DNA of 64,000 nucleotides. Source: Vitrella brassicaformis CCMP3155. Taxonomy: Eukaryota; Protista; Chromerida. The DNA lies in contig CDMY01000277.1 in the NCBI GenBank assembly GCA_001179505.1, forward strand, positions 1 to 64,000. Direction: 5' to 3'. The position numbers and the translations under genes are program-made. The stretch's first letter is position 1. Each line of letters begins with the position of its first letter. Positions 50,801-62,600 of this stretch are shown here, one piece after another. Below the pieces are notes generated by a model. That model was not told where the DNA came from and did not search any database. It worked only from the letters and a program-made list of their open reading frames with translations.

Positions 50801-53800
50801 GAGGAAGAAGAGTAGAGCGCTAACGACGCACATGGCCAGAATTGACATAAAGATGAAGTCGATGCCGCACTCGCGTTGTTTGCCGATTGGCTCGAATGGA
50901 TTGCAGACGGGCTTGGGCGGGGGCGGGGGTGGCTTGTAGAGGAAGAACATGTCACTTTTGAGATCACTCGGTGTCATGCCAAGGATAGTGACTGTTGGCA
51001 GCAACAGAACATCCGACCATCAGCTCAATCAGCTGCTTCATGAAAGCACCTTCGTTCACCTGTGTGGTTGGCGGCATGTTGATGATTACGCTGCCTTCGC
51101 TGACCATTGTCACCAGAGTCGTGAACTCGTTGATCTTCCGAAATGCAGAGAGATCGATTTTATCATGGAGTCGTCTGTTGGCAACGATGATATGGCCAGG
51201 AACGTTCGAAATCGCGCTGTATGCAGACACGCGCACGCGCACACCACACACAGAGCATGACTGATACGTATGTTTTTGCTTACAATGTGGATGCGCCATC
51301 GTATCCCCCCTCGAGCACTGCAAGTCAACAGAGACACGGCTTCAAGTCTGTCTCAGATTGAATTTGAAGCAGTGCATACACCTACCATCATCACCGCCTC
51401 CAGTGATAAGCATGTCTCGTCCGCTAGTCTCATTGAAATCGCCTCCTCCCCACCCTCTCAGTATGTTCCCCTTGGAATTCCCCGTCAGAATGTCCCCGCC
51501 TGCTCTCGAGCCGGTCAGCGCATCGATCACTGTGTCTTTGGGAAGGGACATGACTTTCGGATACTGCGACTGTGAGCAGCTGCTCTCATTCATCGATTCA
51601 AGCCGGACCACACAATTTGCATCCACATCATCAGGATCGTCGTCATTCACCTTCTCGATCACCACTGAGTTGGTTGCCATAAGCGATAGAACGTTCTGCC
51701 CCATCCAAAAGTTCCGCGGCAGGAGCCGAGCAGGTGTAATATTGCGGATCTCAATTGTGTGCTCGTCGTCGAGGGCGATCTCTGTGATGGGAATGTCGCC
51801 ATCGGCCTTCTCGGTCATGCGAGACGTAATTGAGCTGGGTGTCTTGACGTCTGGAAATGCCCTAAGGTCCAAGATGTCAGGATAGAAGCCACTCTCAGCA
51901 GATGAATTCAGCCATAAATCGGGGCTGAATTCGCTAATTTCGAGGTGGCTGGTCGTGCCCGGCGTGCGTAAGAAGACAAAGGTGTCACGCGATACAGAAC
52001 CAGATCGCCGTTCTTTGTCATTGCCTCCAGACAGGTAATGTCTCCCTCCGGCTGCTTGCATGTAATCCGGGTCTGTGCCTCCTTTGATGGTGCAGCTGAC
52101 GCAGTCAGAGTGAAAGGACCTCAAGTCGTTGTAATAGGCTCCTTCTGACGCTTCGAGGCCTTCGATCCAGATCTTTGGGACGTGTGTGTGAATAACGTCC
52201 GCAAAATCCGTTCCGATCACTTTTGCGATGGTGCTGTTTGGGTGGATGATGATGCGCTTTCCATGATCTGATGCGGAGGAACAGTCCAGCACCACGACTT
52301 GTCCGGGCGGTGGGGACCAGTCCGTAGGGACTGCCGTAGTAGAGACAGCAGCTGTGGTTGGATTCCCTAATGAGACACATAGTCAAAGAGATGCAAAAGA
52401 GCTGCGACACAGACATTCACTCACCATCACCTCCAGCTGCAAGCTCTTGCAAAGCTGCCGGCAAGCTCGTCGTAGTCGGCTCTTCCGTAGTGATATCAGG
52501 AGTGGAGGCGAAAATCTGAGGTGCGCCAGTAGTCGGTGAGTCCTCAGATCGAAGCTCGCAGCCTTTCGTGCCATCCTCATTGAGGACAAAGTCAGAGATG
52601 TCCTCAAGTTCCAAAGTCTTATCGATAATCATCATCACTAGCTCGGATGCTGAGAGGCAATTGAGAGACGGATCATGCCAGAGGATTCCGTTGCATATTG
52701 ATGTGTCAAGACGTACGGAGAGGTGCAAGGCTGAAGTTTGCTTCGGAGAGCTCGTTCGGCAGCACGCTTTTGATGCAAAGCAAGTTGTCTTCACCGAGCT
52801 GCATCGTGGTGTCTGTGGCATCTTCAGTCAGAAGAGACTCAACAGCAGACCATTCGAAGAAAGCGTAGAAGGCAGAGACGCTGATCACGTCGCCGGAGAC
52901 AGGCGTCATGTCCATGGTTGTGGAAGACGTCGTGTTGCCGCTGCGTCTCAGGTAAAAGGTATCGGCGTTAGTGTCGTTGCCGCCGAAGAGAACATTGTGC
53001 GGGCCTCCAGAAGGATAGAGGCTGTCAGCTCCTTCCCCACCATCGAGTTGACACCGGACGTGATATGATAGCATGCACCGAAGAGAGTCGCTTCCATCGA
53101 GTCCCTCCAGCTGGGTATCCGAGACATAGCTGAGTACATCAAATCATGCATTCTTAGTTATCATCAGTCGGCTCTTTTTGGCCTGTCTCTTGCCTGGTAT
53201 CTCGTCGTCAAAGTTGGTCCCCTGCACTCTGTTGATTGGGCAGCCCTCCCAAATCGTTATGCGCCTGCCGCCGGTCGATGCGAGAGAGCAATTCAAGGTG
53301 AGTTTGTCAATTCCATCTCCCTCCTCCAAGACGCAGCCCTCCAAAGGATGTCCCTCTGATCTATCGTTAATTGCCACCGTCAGATTTCCATTCGGTAACA
53401 GTATCAGAAGAGAATCGTTGGCCGCTGAGACACAGCAATATAAGATAGCGCATCATATGTGTCTTGCTGTTGCTTACACCACTGGGGGGCCCAATCGCTG
53501 CTGCCGAAGACTACGTATGCACCCATGGCGGCATCGTCGTCGCCCGACACGAAAGCGTTTTTCATGGAATTGGTAGAGATGATGATATCAGAGACACCAT
53601 CCCCTGCAGCCACACAGGGGAACTAATCAATGCACGGCAGTGGCTTAATGACGCTGGTCTCCTTTGCTGACCGTTGAAGTCGCCTCGACCGATTGGGTTG
53701 CCGAGATAGGAGCCTGATGGCCGTTGCGTGTTCTCAATTTTGACTCCCCGATAGATATCCATTGCCTCTGGATCGAATGACTCCCCAAAAATATTGCCGC

Positions 53801-55566
53801 AGCACCCAAAGGTCATATTAGCTCTTCCCCAGATGCCGCAGCATCCGTGGATTACATAAACTCTCCCTCTGGTACTGTCATACCTCGAATCAGACACCAA
53901 GAGGTCAGGGATTGTATCGCCGTTGAAGTCGCCGGCATCGATGATGCCAATCCAATCAGACATGTTTCCTCCCGGTCGAATCTCCGTCCCAAATGTCTCA
54001 GCGTCGCTCCAGTGGATGTCCCTCAGATAGCTGAAGTCGGTCACGCCGTCACCTGTAACATCACTAATGGCCCCGACGCGAATATCTTGCCGGAATTGGG
54101 GGCTTAAGGCAGAAGATCCTCCTTGTGCCGAAGTGACATTGTTCAGGTCCGCACATTTGACATCGCTCTCGTTGATGTATTTGGAAAAGTCCTCATATGA
54201 GAGCCTCCAATGTTGCTTCTTCACGTAAGGCTCCCGAATGAGTATCTCGCTCTTGCCGTCCGAGTTGAGGTCTCCGATGGGCCAGCCGAATAGCGACACA
54301 TGCGCGCGACGCGAGTCAGGATGTCTTATCATGTGTCTGGCATCGTACTTTTCCGCTCCTTCGAGATCAAAGGCGGAGCAGATCACATCAAAATGGGGCA
54401 CTTGGCTGTCAGTCGAGTACAAGTCCAGGATGCCATTGAAGCTAGCCGGCAGATACGACATTGGTCCGCCTGAACATCCACAAGTGCAAGTGATGGCCTG
54501 ACTTATACTATCGTCATGTCTCATCTATCGTACCATAAAGCACGACCACATTCATGTTATATCCACTCAGCACCACATCATTATAGCCATCCCCATTAAT
54601 GTCGCCCCTGAACAAGGGTAGTGAGACAGCAATTTGTTTGTGTGTCTGTGTGTGTTCTCTCTCTCTCTCTCTCTCTTTCTTCTTCTGCTGACCCTTGGCT
54701 TGGCTGACAGTAGCGAGCGTCCGATTCGGGATTGTTATAGCGAATGCGAAAGCCATTCGTGCCGTCCATCGAGGCCAGATCGATATCGATCGCTGGCGCC
54801 CTTGCTTGCCATGTTCGGTCGCCGAAGACAACATAGCATTGCCACCTGATAGTTGCTGAACAGCGTCTTAAAATGATTGCTGCAGACTCATGTGCTTTCG
54901 CTCCCTCACTGTGCGAGTGGGCTCCGCCGATAGCGAAATCAGGTACCCCATCGCCTGCATGCAGAAAGAAATACAATGTGTATGGCCTTCATTCACAGAC
55001 AGACGTAGCGATTACCGTTGAAGTCGCCCAGCCCTTTAAGGCTCCATCCAATGTTTTCTTCATCGCCATCAGGGGCGCGAGTAGAATCGAAGAAGCGGAC
55101 ACCTTCACTGAGGATCACAGAAGACAGACTCTCATACTTCTTTGCAGACAGCACGTTGCGACCATGCTTACGATCCGAGTGTATATTTTGGTGCACCAAA
55201 CGGTTTATCTCCTTGCCGTCCAAAAATCAAGTAGACAACACCTCTCGTTTCTGCCGGGTACTTTTTGCCGGGGTCGGAGATGAGAATGTCATCGATGCCG
55301 TCATTATTCACGTCGCCAATGAAGTCTGCTATGCCCAACGAAGCCGTACTGTAAGAATATGAGGATCCTCCCGTTGCTCGACGGATGACGAACCCTCCTG
55401 AGCCGTCCAGGTCGTACACATCTATGGTGTTGGCCGGCTCTTCAAGACGCCGGACGCTGCTGGCATAATGATTGTCGACCAGGTTGTCGATGGCCTGAAA
55501 TGGATGAATTGCAAGAAGGAAAAGAAGGACCAGCGAAGCCCAAAAGAGGCCGCCGACCAATGGCAT
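47880..55566 (-). CDS. FG-GAP (integrin-alpha-like) + RTX/hemolysin-type Ca-binding repeats + ~10-TM membrane domain, copy B
   Basis: Signal peptide MPLVGGLFWASLVLLFLLA. FG-GAP repeats: IGDVNNDGIDDILISDP...GVVYLIFG, LGDFNG|DGVPDFAIG, GDINGDGYNDVV, GDLNSDGKSEILI, SDVTGDGVTD, AGDFNGDTIPDLLV...GRVYVIHG, GDFNG|DGVSDIII. RTX motifs LDGGEGADSL and TGGGDD|VLEGG. TM domain collinear with copy A. Two frame anomalies at splice donors. Confidence 0.8.
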
Positions 55567-55805
55567 GTTTCCTGATCATGAGGCACAGCATGAGAAGCAG
55601 ACACACAACACATGTGCTTCACGTCCATGATCATGTGTTGCTCACACGACTTGAGGCGGCGATGCTGCTCGAATCGTTGGAAGCTGCGCAAGCACTGCCA
55701 GATGGATGGGCGAATCAGGCACGTATTGGGACAGCCGCGAGACTGGGGGCAGAGGGGGGCGAGTTGCCAAAGCTCGCGCACTTGACAGAAGAAGATCTGA
55801 ACACG

Positions 55806-58800
55806 ATGATACGGCCGCAGGCTGCTCCTGTGGTTGTGCTTCGGCAGAACACCAAACGCGAGCAGGGACGGAAGGCCCAGCTGGCGAACATACAGGCAAG
55901 CGTCGCCCAGCTGCATGCCGTTGAATAGACCTGCACATGCACATGCGCCTTGCTGTGTGTACGTCAGGCTGGCAAGACGATAGCTGACATTGTGCGCACG
56001 ACCCTCGGCCCGAAGTCGATGCTCAAGATGCTTCTGGACCCCATGGGCGGCATCGTCATGACCAACGACGGCAACGCCATACTCAGGGAGGTACGGGTGG
56101 CCCCGACGCACGCAAAGACGCGTAGATGCCGCACATGTCATTGCCTTTGTCTGTTGCTGTGTGCTGTCTAGGTTGATGTGGCTCACCCCGCCGCCAAGTC
56201 GATGATAGAGCTGAGCCGCTCGCAGGACGAGGAAGTGGGAGACGGAACGACCTCAGTGGTCGTCCTCGCAGGTACGCAGATAGACATGCACACACGCATT
56301 CATGCGCCCACAAGTGATGCCCATACGGCGGTGGTGGTGGTGGTGTTGTGCAGGTGAGATGTTGGCTGTGGCCGAGCCCTTCCTCGAGCGCAACATGCAC
56401 CCCACAATCATCGTGGCGGGCTACATACAGGTCAGCGGAGGAACGACGGAATTGTAAGACTCGTTTGGACACACTGCCGCCCTGTTGCCTTGGTGTGTGT
56501 CAGGCTTTGGATGACGCGTTGAAGATCCTCAGCGAGATCGCCACGCCCATCGATGCTTCCGACGACAAGCGACTCACCGAGATCGTCCACACATGTAAAC
56601 ACCCACACAACCACACAACCACATCCACACACTCGCCAGACCGACATGGATCTGGGTGTGTCTGCCGGTGTGTGTGTCAGGCATCGACACCAAGTTTTCC
56701 GCCCGTTGGGGCAACATGATCAGCGACTTGGCTGTCAAGGCCGCCAAGTGCGTCACGATCGAGCTGCCTAATGGCAAGAAGGAAATCGACATCAAGGTCG
56801 GCCAGCCAGCCAGCCAGCCACTTATCCAAACGGACATGAGCAACACACGCATGTCTTTGATTGATGCATCGATTGGTCAGCGTTACGCCAAGGTGGAGAA
56901 GATCCCCGGAGGCGACTTCGATGAATGCGGTCAGGGAGGGAGATAGAGAAGGCAGGCAGTCGTCACAACAGCTGCACTGACTGCTTTTGTGCGTGTTTGT
57001 CTGTTGTATGCATACAGCTGTGTTGAACGGTGTGATGTTAAACAAGGACGTAACGCACCCCAAGATGAGGCGCATCATCAAAAACCCAAAGGTGGGCACA
57101 CATTGATCAATGAATGGATGGATGGATACTGGACGGCTTCCTGTGTCAGGTGGTACTGCTCGACTGCAATCTCGAGTACAAGAAGGGTACACACACCACC
57201 GGACAGACGGACGGACGCTTGGCGACACAATGCTCTCTCCTTGTGTGTGTGTGTGTGTGTGTGTGTGTTGTGGATTAGGTGAGAGTCAGACCAACGTGGA
57301 GGTCATGAAGGAGGAGGACTGGGAAGCGCTACTCAAGGAGGTCTGTCTGCATGCCGAGCACACACGCAGCCATCCTCGATGTCAATCTGTCTGTGTGCCG
57401 TCATGTCAGGAGGAGGAGGAGATTCAGAAGATGTGCAACGACATCATCAATGTCGGGGCCGACCTCGTCTTCACCGAAAAGGGTACACATGAAAGACCGC
57501 GGCCATCCCGCCTCGTTGCTAGCACAATCTGTGTTGGGTGTGTTGTGTGTGTGTAGGTGTGTCGGACCTGGCGCAGCACTTTCTGATGAAGAAGAACATA
57601 TCGGTCATCAGGCGAGTGCGCAAGACAGACAACAACAGACTCGCCAGAGTGGTCAGCACTAACACCCACCCACCCACACACACAGAGAGAGAGAAAGGTA
57701 TGCATGAGGGTGATGTGGATGCAGACGGGTGCGCACATAGTGAATCGGACGGACGAGCTGACGGCCGACAACGTGGGCACTTTGGCGAGGCTGTTCAAGA
57801 TCGACAAGATAGGCGACGAGTACTACTGCTACATCACCGAGTGCGACAACCCCAAGGCATGCACCATACTCATGAGGGGCGCATCCAAAGACGTACTCAA
57901 CGAAATCGAAAGGTATCTCACACACTGAGAGAGGGAACGGCCATTTCCCGTGCCACGTATGTGCACACAAAGGCCTCTCTGTGTGTGTGTCTGTGTGTGT
58001 TTAGGAATTTGCAAGATGCGTTGAACGTCGCCCGCAACGTGTTGGTGGAGTCCAAGCTGCTGCCCGGGGGCGGCGCCACAGAGATGGAAATCGCCGCCAG
58101 GCTCAACGAAAAGGCGAAAAGTAAGCCTTCACATGAGATGCGCGAGGCGAAGAGTGTAGTGTGCACGCGCTGTGTTGTGCTATGGGTGTCTGCAGGCATA
58201 GAGGGCATCAAGCAGTGGCCATACAAAGCCGTGGCTGTGGGTCTCGAGGTACAGCAAGGCAGCGTCCACCGAACGAACACACGCGACACACGCATGTTGT
58301 CTACACAATCAGGTCATTCCCAGGACGCTCGCTCAGAACTGTGGGGCTGACGTCGGTGAGCCGACACACATGAGGGAGAGGAGGAGATGAACCCATCGGG
58401 TCTGTGTGTATGGTTGTGTCGCATGGATGCAGTTCGCACCATCACCGACCTGCGGTCCCGCCACGCCCTGGCCGGGGAGGGCAGGTTCTGGGGCATCGAC
58501 GGAAACACTGGTAGGTCACACAGACAGACAGACAGCCGACCAGCGACCGAAACGCAGTGTATTTGGCCGTGACTGACTGGGTGTGTGTGTTACGATGTGT
58601 GTGTGTGTGCAGGCAAGGTTGTGAATGTGGAGCAGGCGGGTATCTGGGACGCATACGCCGTCAAGCAACAAGTCATCAAGACCGCCATCGAAGCGGTCAG
58701 TGAGAGCCACAACACCCACATAGCAGAGGAAGCTTAATTTCATGCAAGCTGAGATGAGAGTGCTGCTGCTTTGGTGTTGTGCATGAAGGCTGCGATGATC

Positions 58801-59006
58801 CTGCGTATCGACGACGTGGTGTCGGGCATCGGCAAGAAGGGCGGCGCGGGCGGCGGGGCGCCACGGGGAGGTATGCACACACATCATCAGCCACCCACCC
58901 GCACGCACACACACGTAATGCTGCTGTGCGGTGGTGTGTGTTGATCAATACAGGTGCGGCCCCCGATGACCAGGTTGAGGCGTTCGGAGACTCGCGGGAC
59001 GGCTAG
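55806..59006 (+). CDS. CCT3: T-complex protein 1 subunit gamma (CCT chaperonin), full-length, ~20 exons
   Basis: [114 protein letters not shown]. Intron 1 (55896-55967) is GC-AG. Confidence 0.97.
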
Positions 59007-59663
59007 ACCACATACACACACACACCTGCATGGATCCCACCCGGTAGCTAGGGAGTAGTTGCGTACACATCAGCCAATGCATTTCGTGTCCGTGTTCGGT
59101 GCGTCTTCCCGATGCATCTGTGTGCATGTGTGTGCGTGTGGTGCCGTTTATAGCAAATGCCTCATGTGAGTGCCGTGCTGACTAGCCGAAAGACACACCT
59201 GTTTTCCTCTCCGTGTGACGGATTGCATGGAAACCATTCATGGTCTCACTCCAGTTATTTCGGTTGATGAGGGACGCATTCATTCATTCAAATGTCAGCA
59301 GCATCGCATCGCATCGCAGGTACGCAGTGAGCTGAGTGTCCCTCCTCTCATATTCAGTGTCACTCATTCAGTGGGGTGGCGAAAAAACACATACACATAC
59401 TCACTCACACACACAGACCAGGATCACACACACAGGATCAATGAGTCGATGGATGAATTGTGCACACACAGACAACACACAGATGATGGCCACGAACGCT
59501 CTCGCTACCCACGCCGACCGATCGATCGAAGACTACGCACCACCGCCAGCAGCAAAAAAGGCCCGAATAAAGCAGCAGACAACACACAGCACGCCACGCA
59601 CCAAGGCACCCAAGGCCAGCCAGCAAGACCCCTGTTTCTCTCATTCTCTGTCAGCCAAGTTCA

Positions 59664-62600
59664 CTAGTTTGCCGCCGTGCTGGGCGTCCCGTGTCCATGT
59701 GGCGGCATAACTCCCGGCTGCCTCTGCTCCAGAGGGAATGGGTTCGACCCCCCGGCTGCTCCCGCCACTGCTGCGACTGGCACCGCTGCTGGTGGTGGTG
59801 CTGCAGCTGGTGGTGGGTTGGGCCCCACATGGTTGGCCATCTGCATTCCGCCAGCACCGCTCATAGGAGTCCCGCCGGCCGCGCCGCTCTGCCATGGCTG
59901 CCCGCTCGGCTGGGGCGGCCTGACCTTTGGCTGGGGGGGCGCGTTGGCCTCTCTGCTGGGGTTGGCCTGCGGGGCTGGCGGTGCTGCCGTGGTGGTGGTT
60001 GACGCGAAGAAATCCGCGTTGAGAAAGTCGGGCGTCGTTGTCTGCTGCTGCTGTTGTGCGGGTGGTCGTGGTTGTGGTTGTGGCTGCGGCTGCGGCTGTG
60101 TGTGTGGTGGGAGGGGTCCGCCTTTGCGTGGCTGGTGGGGGTGGGGCGGCTGGACTGCCGTGCGGATGTCGAGCTTCATGAGGAAATCCACACCGCCCTG
60201 CCGGTGAATCTGACGACGGGAACAGAACACCAGCGGTTGGTTGTGAGAGCTGCTGTCGGAGTGTGTCACTTACGGCGTGTCTGAGTTTGCCGACGCCCTC
60301 GATTGCATTGCGCACGAACTCCTCAGACCGCCGCGCCTGACAGTCACACGTACGCAGGCACACACACGGGGAATGAGGTCATGCATTCGGTGTGTGTCTG
60401 CCTGCTTGCTCACCCTGTGAAGTCTGTTGATGGCCTCTGATCTGTCGAGGGAGAGGCCGTAATAAGACAGCAGCTCCTCGTCAGTACGCGGCAACGGACG
60501 GCCTGCACACATAAGGGATGGATGGATGGATAGGTGGATGGATGCAGGTCGATTTGGCGAGTTGGTAGTAGGAACGAACAACTCACCTGTGCCGCTTTTC
60601 TCGCATAGGAGGATGTCCTGCAGGCATTTCTCGAGCTCGCTCTCGCAGCTGAGGCTCCGCCGGCCCTCAGCAGCCAAGTGCTGACACACACATGACACAC
60701 ACACCACGACACGAGCAGGCAGCGTGTGTTGCGTGCATCTGTGTGGCCATGTTGTGGTGTAGGTACCTGTGACTTGTCTTTGATGTCCTTGACGAACTGC
60801 ATGTAGAGCTTGGTGGTCAGCGGGGCTTGCAGCAGCATCTTGCACGCCCAAAACTGAATGCGAACCTGAGATATTCAATTTTTATCCACACACAAACACA
60901 ATCCACCACACACATCCCTCACCCAATCTCTCTCTCTGACCTCATCATAGATGAGGTCCGAGGCGAGGCTGCTGGTCTTGCCGTGCCTCGTGTAGATGTC
61001 AGTGATGCCCAGCTTCTGCTTCCTCAGCGCCAGAGCCGTCTTGACCCGGTTCACCACCTCGTCCATCTGGTGCACATTGGGCGGCGGCGGCGCCGCCATC
61101 GGCGGAGGGGCGGCCGGCGCGCCGAAGCCGAAGCCGCCCCAGGCATTGGCACCGGCCGCCGGTGCAGGTGGTGCTGGAGGGGGCAGGGCTTCGTCAACTG
61201 GCATCGGTGCTTGTGGGTTGGGATTGGTGGGGCTTGTGGCCGCCCCGGCTGCTGCTGGTGCTGCCGGCGGTGGCGCTCCTGCCGCTGGGGGCGGCTGTGG
61301 TGGCTGCTGTGGGGCGGCTGGCGGGGGAGGCTGTGTGTAGAAGTGCTGTGGTGGCGGCGGTGGTGGCGGTGGCGGTGTGGGCGGGACGGTGCCTAGGAAG
61401 TCTCGCTCGAAGTGCTGGCATCCCTCGAAGAAGTCCTCGATCATCTCGAAGTGGATGGCGTGGGTCTGCTCGAAAATCAGGTCGCGCATCGTCTCGGCAC
61501 AGTGGAACGCCTTATCCCTGACACACGCGCACACAGGGAGAGAGGGGGTGGGCGGGTGGGTGTAGTGTGCTGGTGAAGGACATGTCCATGCTCACTTGAT
61601 GTAGTCTTCCATGGCTTGCTGCAGCTCCTCGATGAACTTGTTGCTCTTGATCAAAAACGCCAGACTCCCAGCCAGCTCACCCACCTCTACCAAACGCACC
61701 ACCTGTCAGCACACACACACAAAACACAGACAGATGTGCGCGTCTCTCTCTCTCTCTCTCTCTGGGCAGGTGCCATCTCGTTCAGGCGCACCTCGTGCAC
61801 CGAGGCCCTCAGGATGCGCCTCAGCGCCACAGCCGTTGCACACGCAGACAACCTCGCCAGGTGCAGCATCCCCCCCCGCACATTCGCCTGCAGCAAATCC
61901 GCCACCAACGGCTCCCTGACACACACACCAAACACACACAGACGTTCGCCATCACAATAAGCGGGCTTCCTCCCGCCCGCTGTCCCTCACTGACCAGTCG
62001 GCCTTGTCGACGACATGCCTGACACTTCGCATCATCTGCAGCAGCACGTGGTCGCTGAAGTGCCGGTCGGGCTCGAGGGTGCCCAGGTGGAACTTGAGCC
62101 ATCTGCCGAGGTGTGTGAGGGACAGCTGGTTGAGGAGCTTGGTCTGCGCGAATTCGCCGGCGATGAGGTGCAGGGCGGGCGGGGCCTCTGCGGCGTTGCG
62201 CTCGATGGCCTCCTGCACCGTCCACTGTGGCTGGGGGTGGATCTGGTGTGGAACCGTCATGCCCTAAGTGGCCACACACACATCTCTGTGTCTGTGTGTT
62301 TGGTGTGTTTGGTGTGTGTTCTTCTCTCTCTCTCGCTCACGTCGATCTGTTGCTGCTGCTGTGCGGGAGGGGGTATGTCCACCCACAGGTCGTCAAGCCC
62401 GACTGTGTAGGAGCCGTCCCCCCCCTGCAGGCCCGTGGGCAGCGGCGAGCGGTAGATGGGCAGCACCACAGCAATCCCCGTGTCAAAAGGGTTGGGCGCG
62501 TTGGCCCCTGCCGCCTGTGGGTGGTGGACGCTCCGCACCGCCACCCCCTGCAAGGCCTCCCACCCGTCGGGGCGGAAGTACACCTGCCAGCAGTAGAGCC

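Noticed and set aside
59336-59710. ORF containing PPAAKKARIK (NLS-like)
   Set aside because: It lies in the convergent 3' UTR region, is built from CA-rich low-complexity sequence, and has no splice or codon support.
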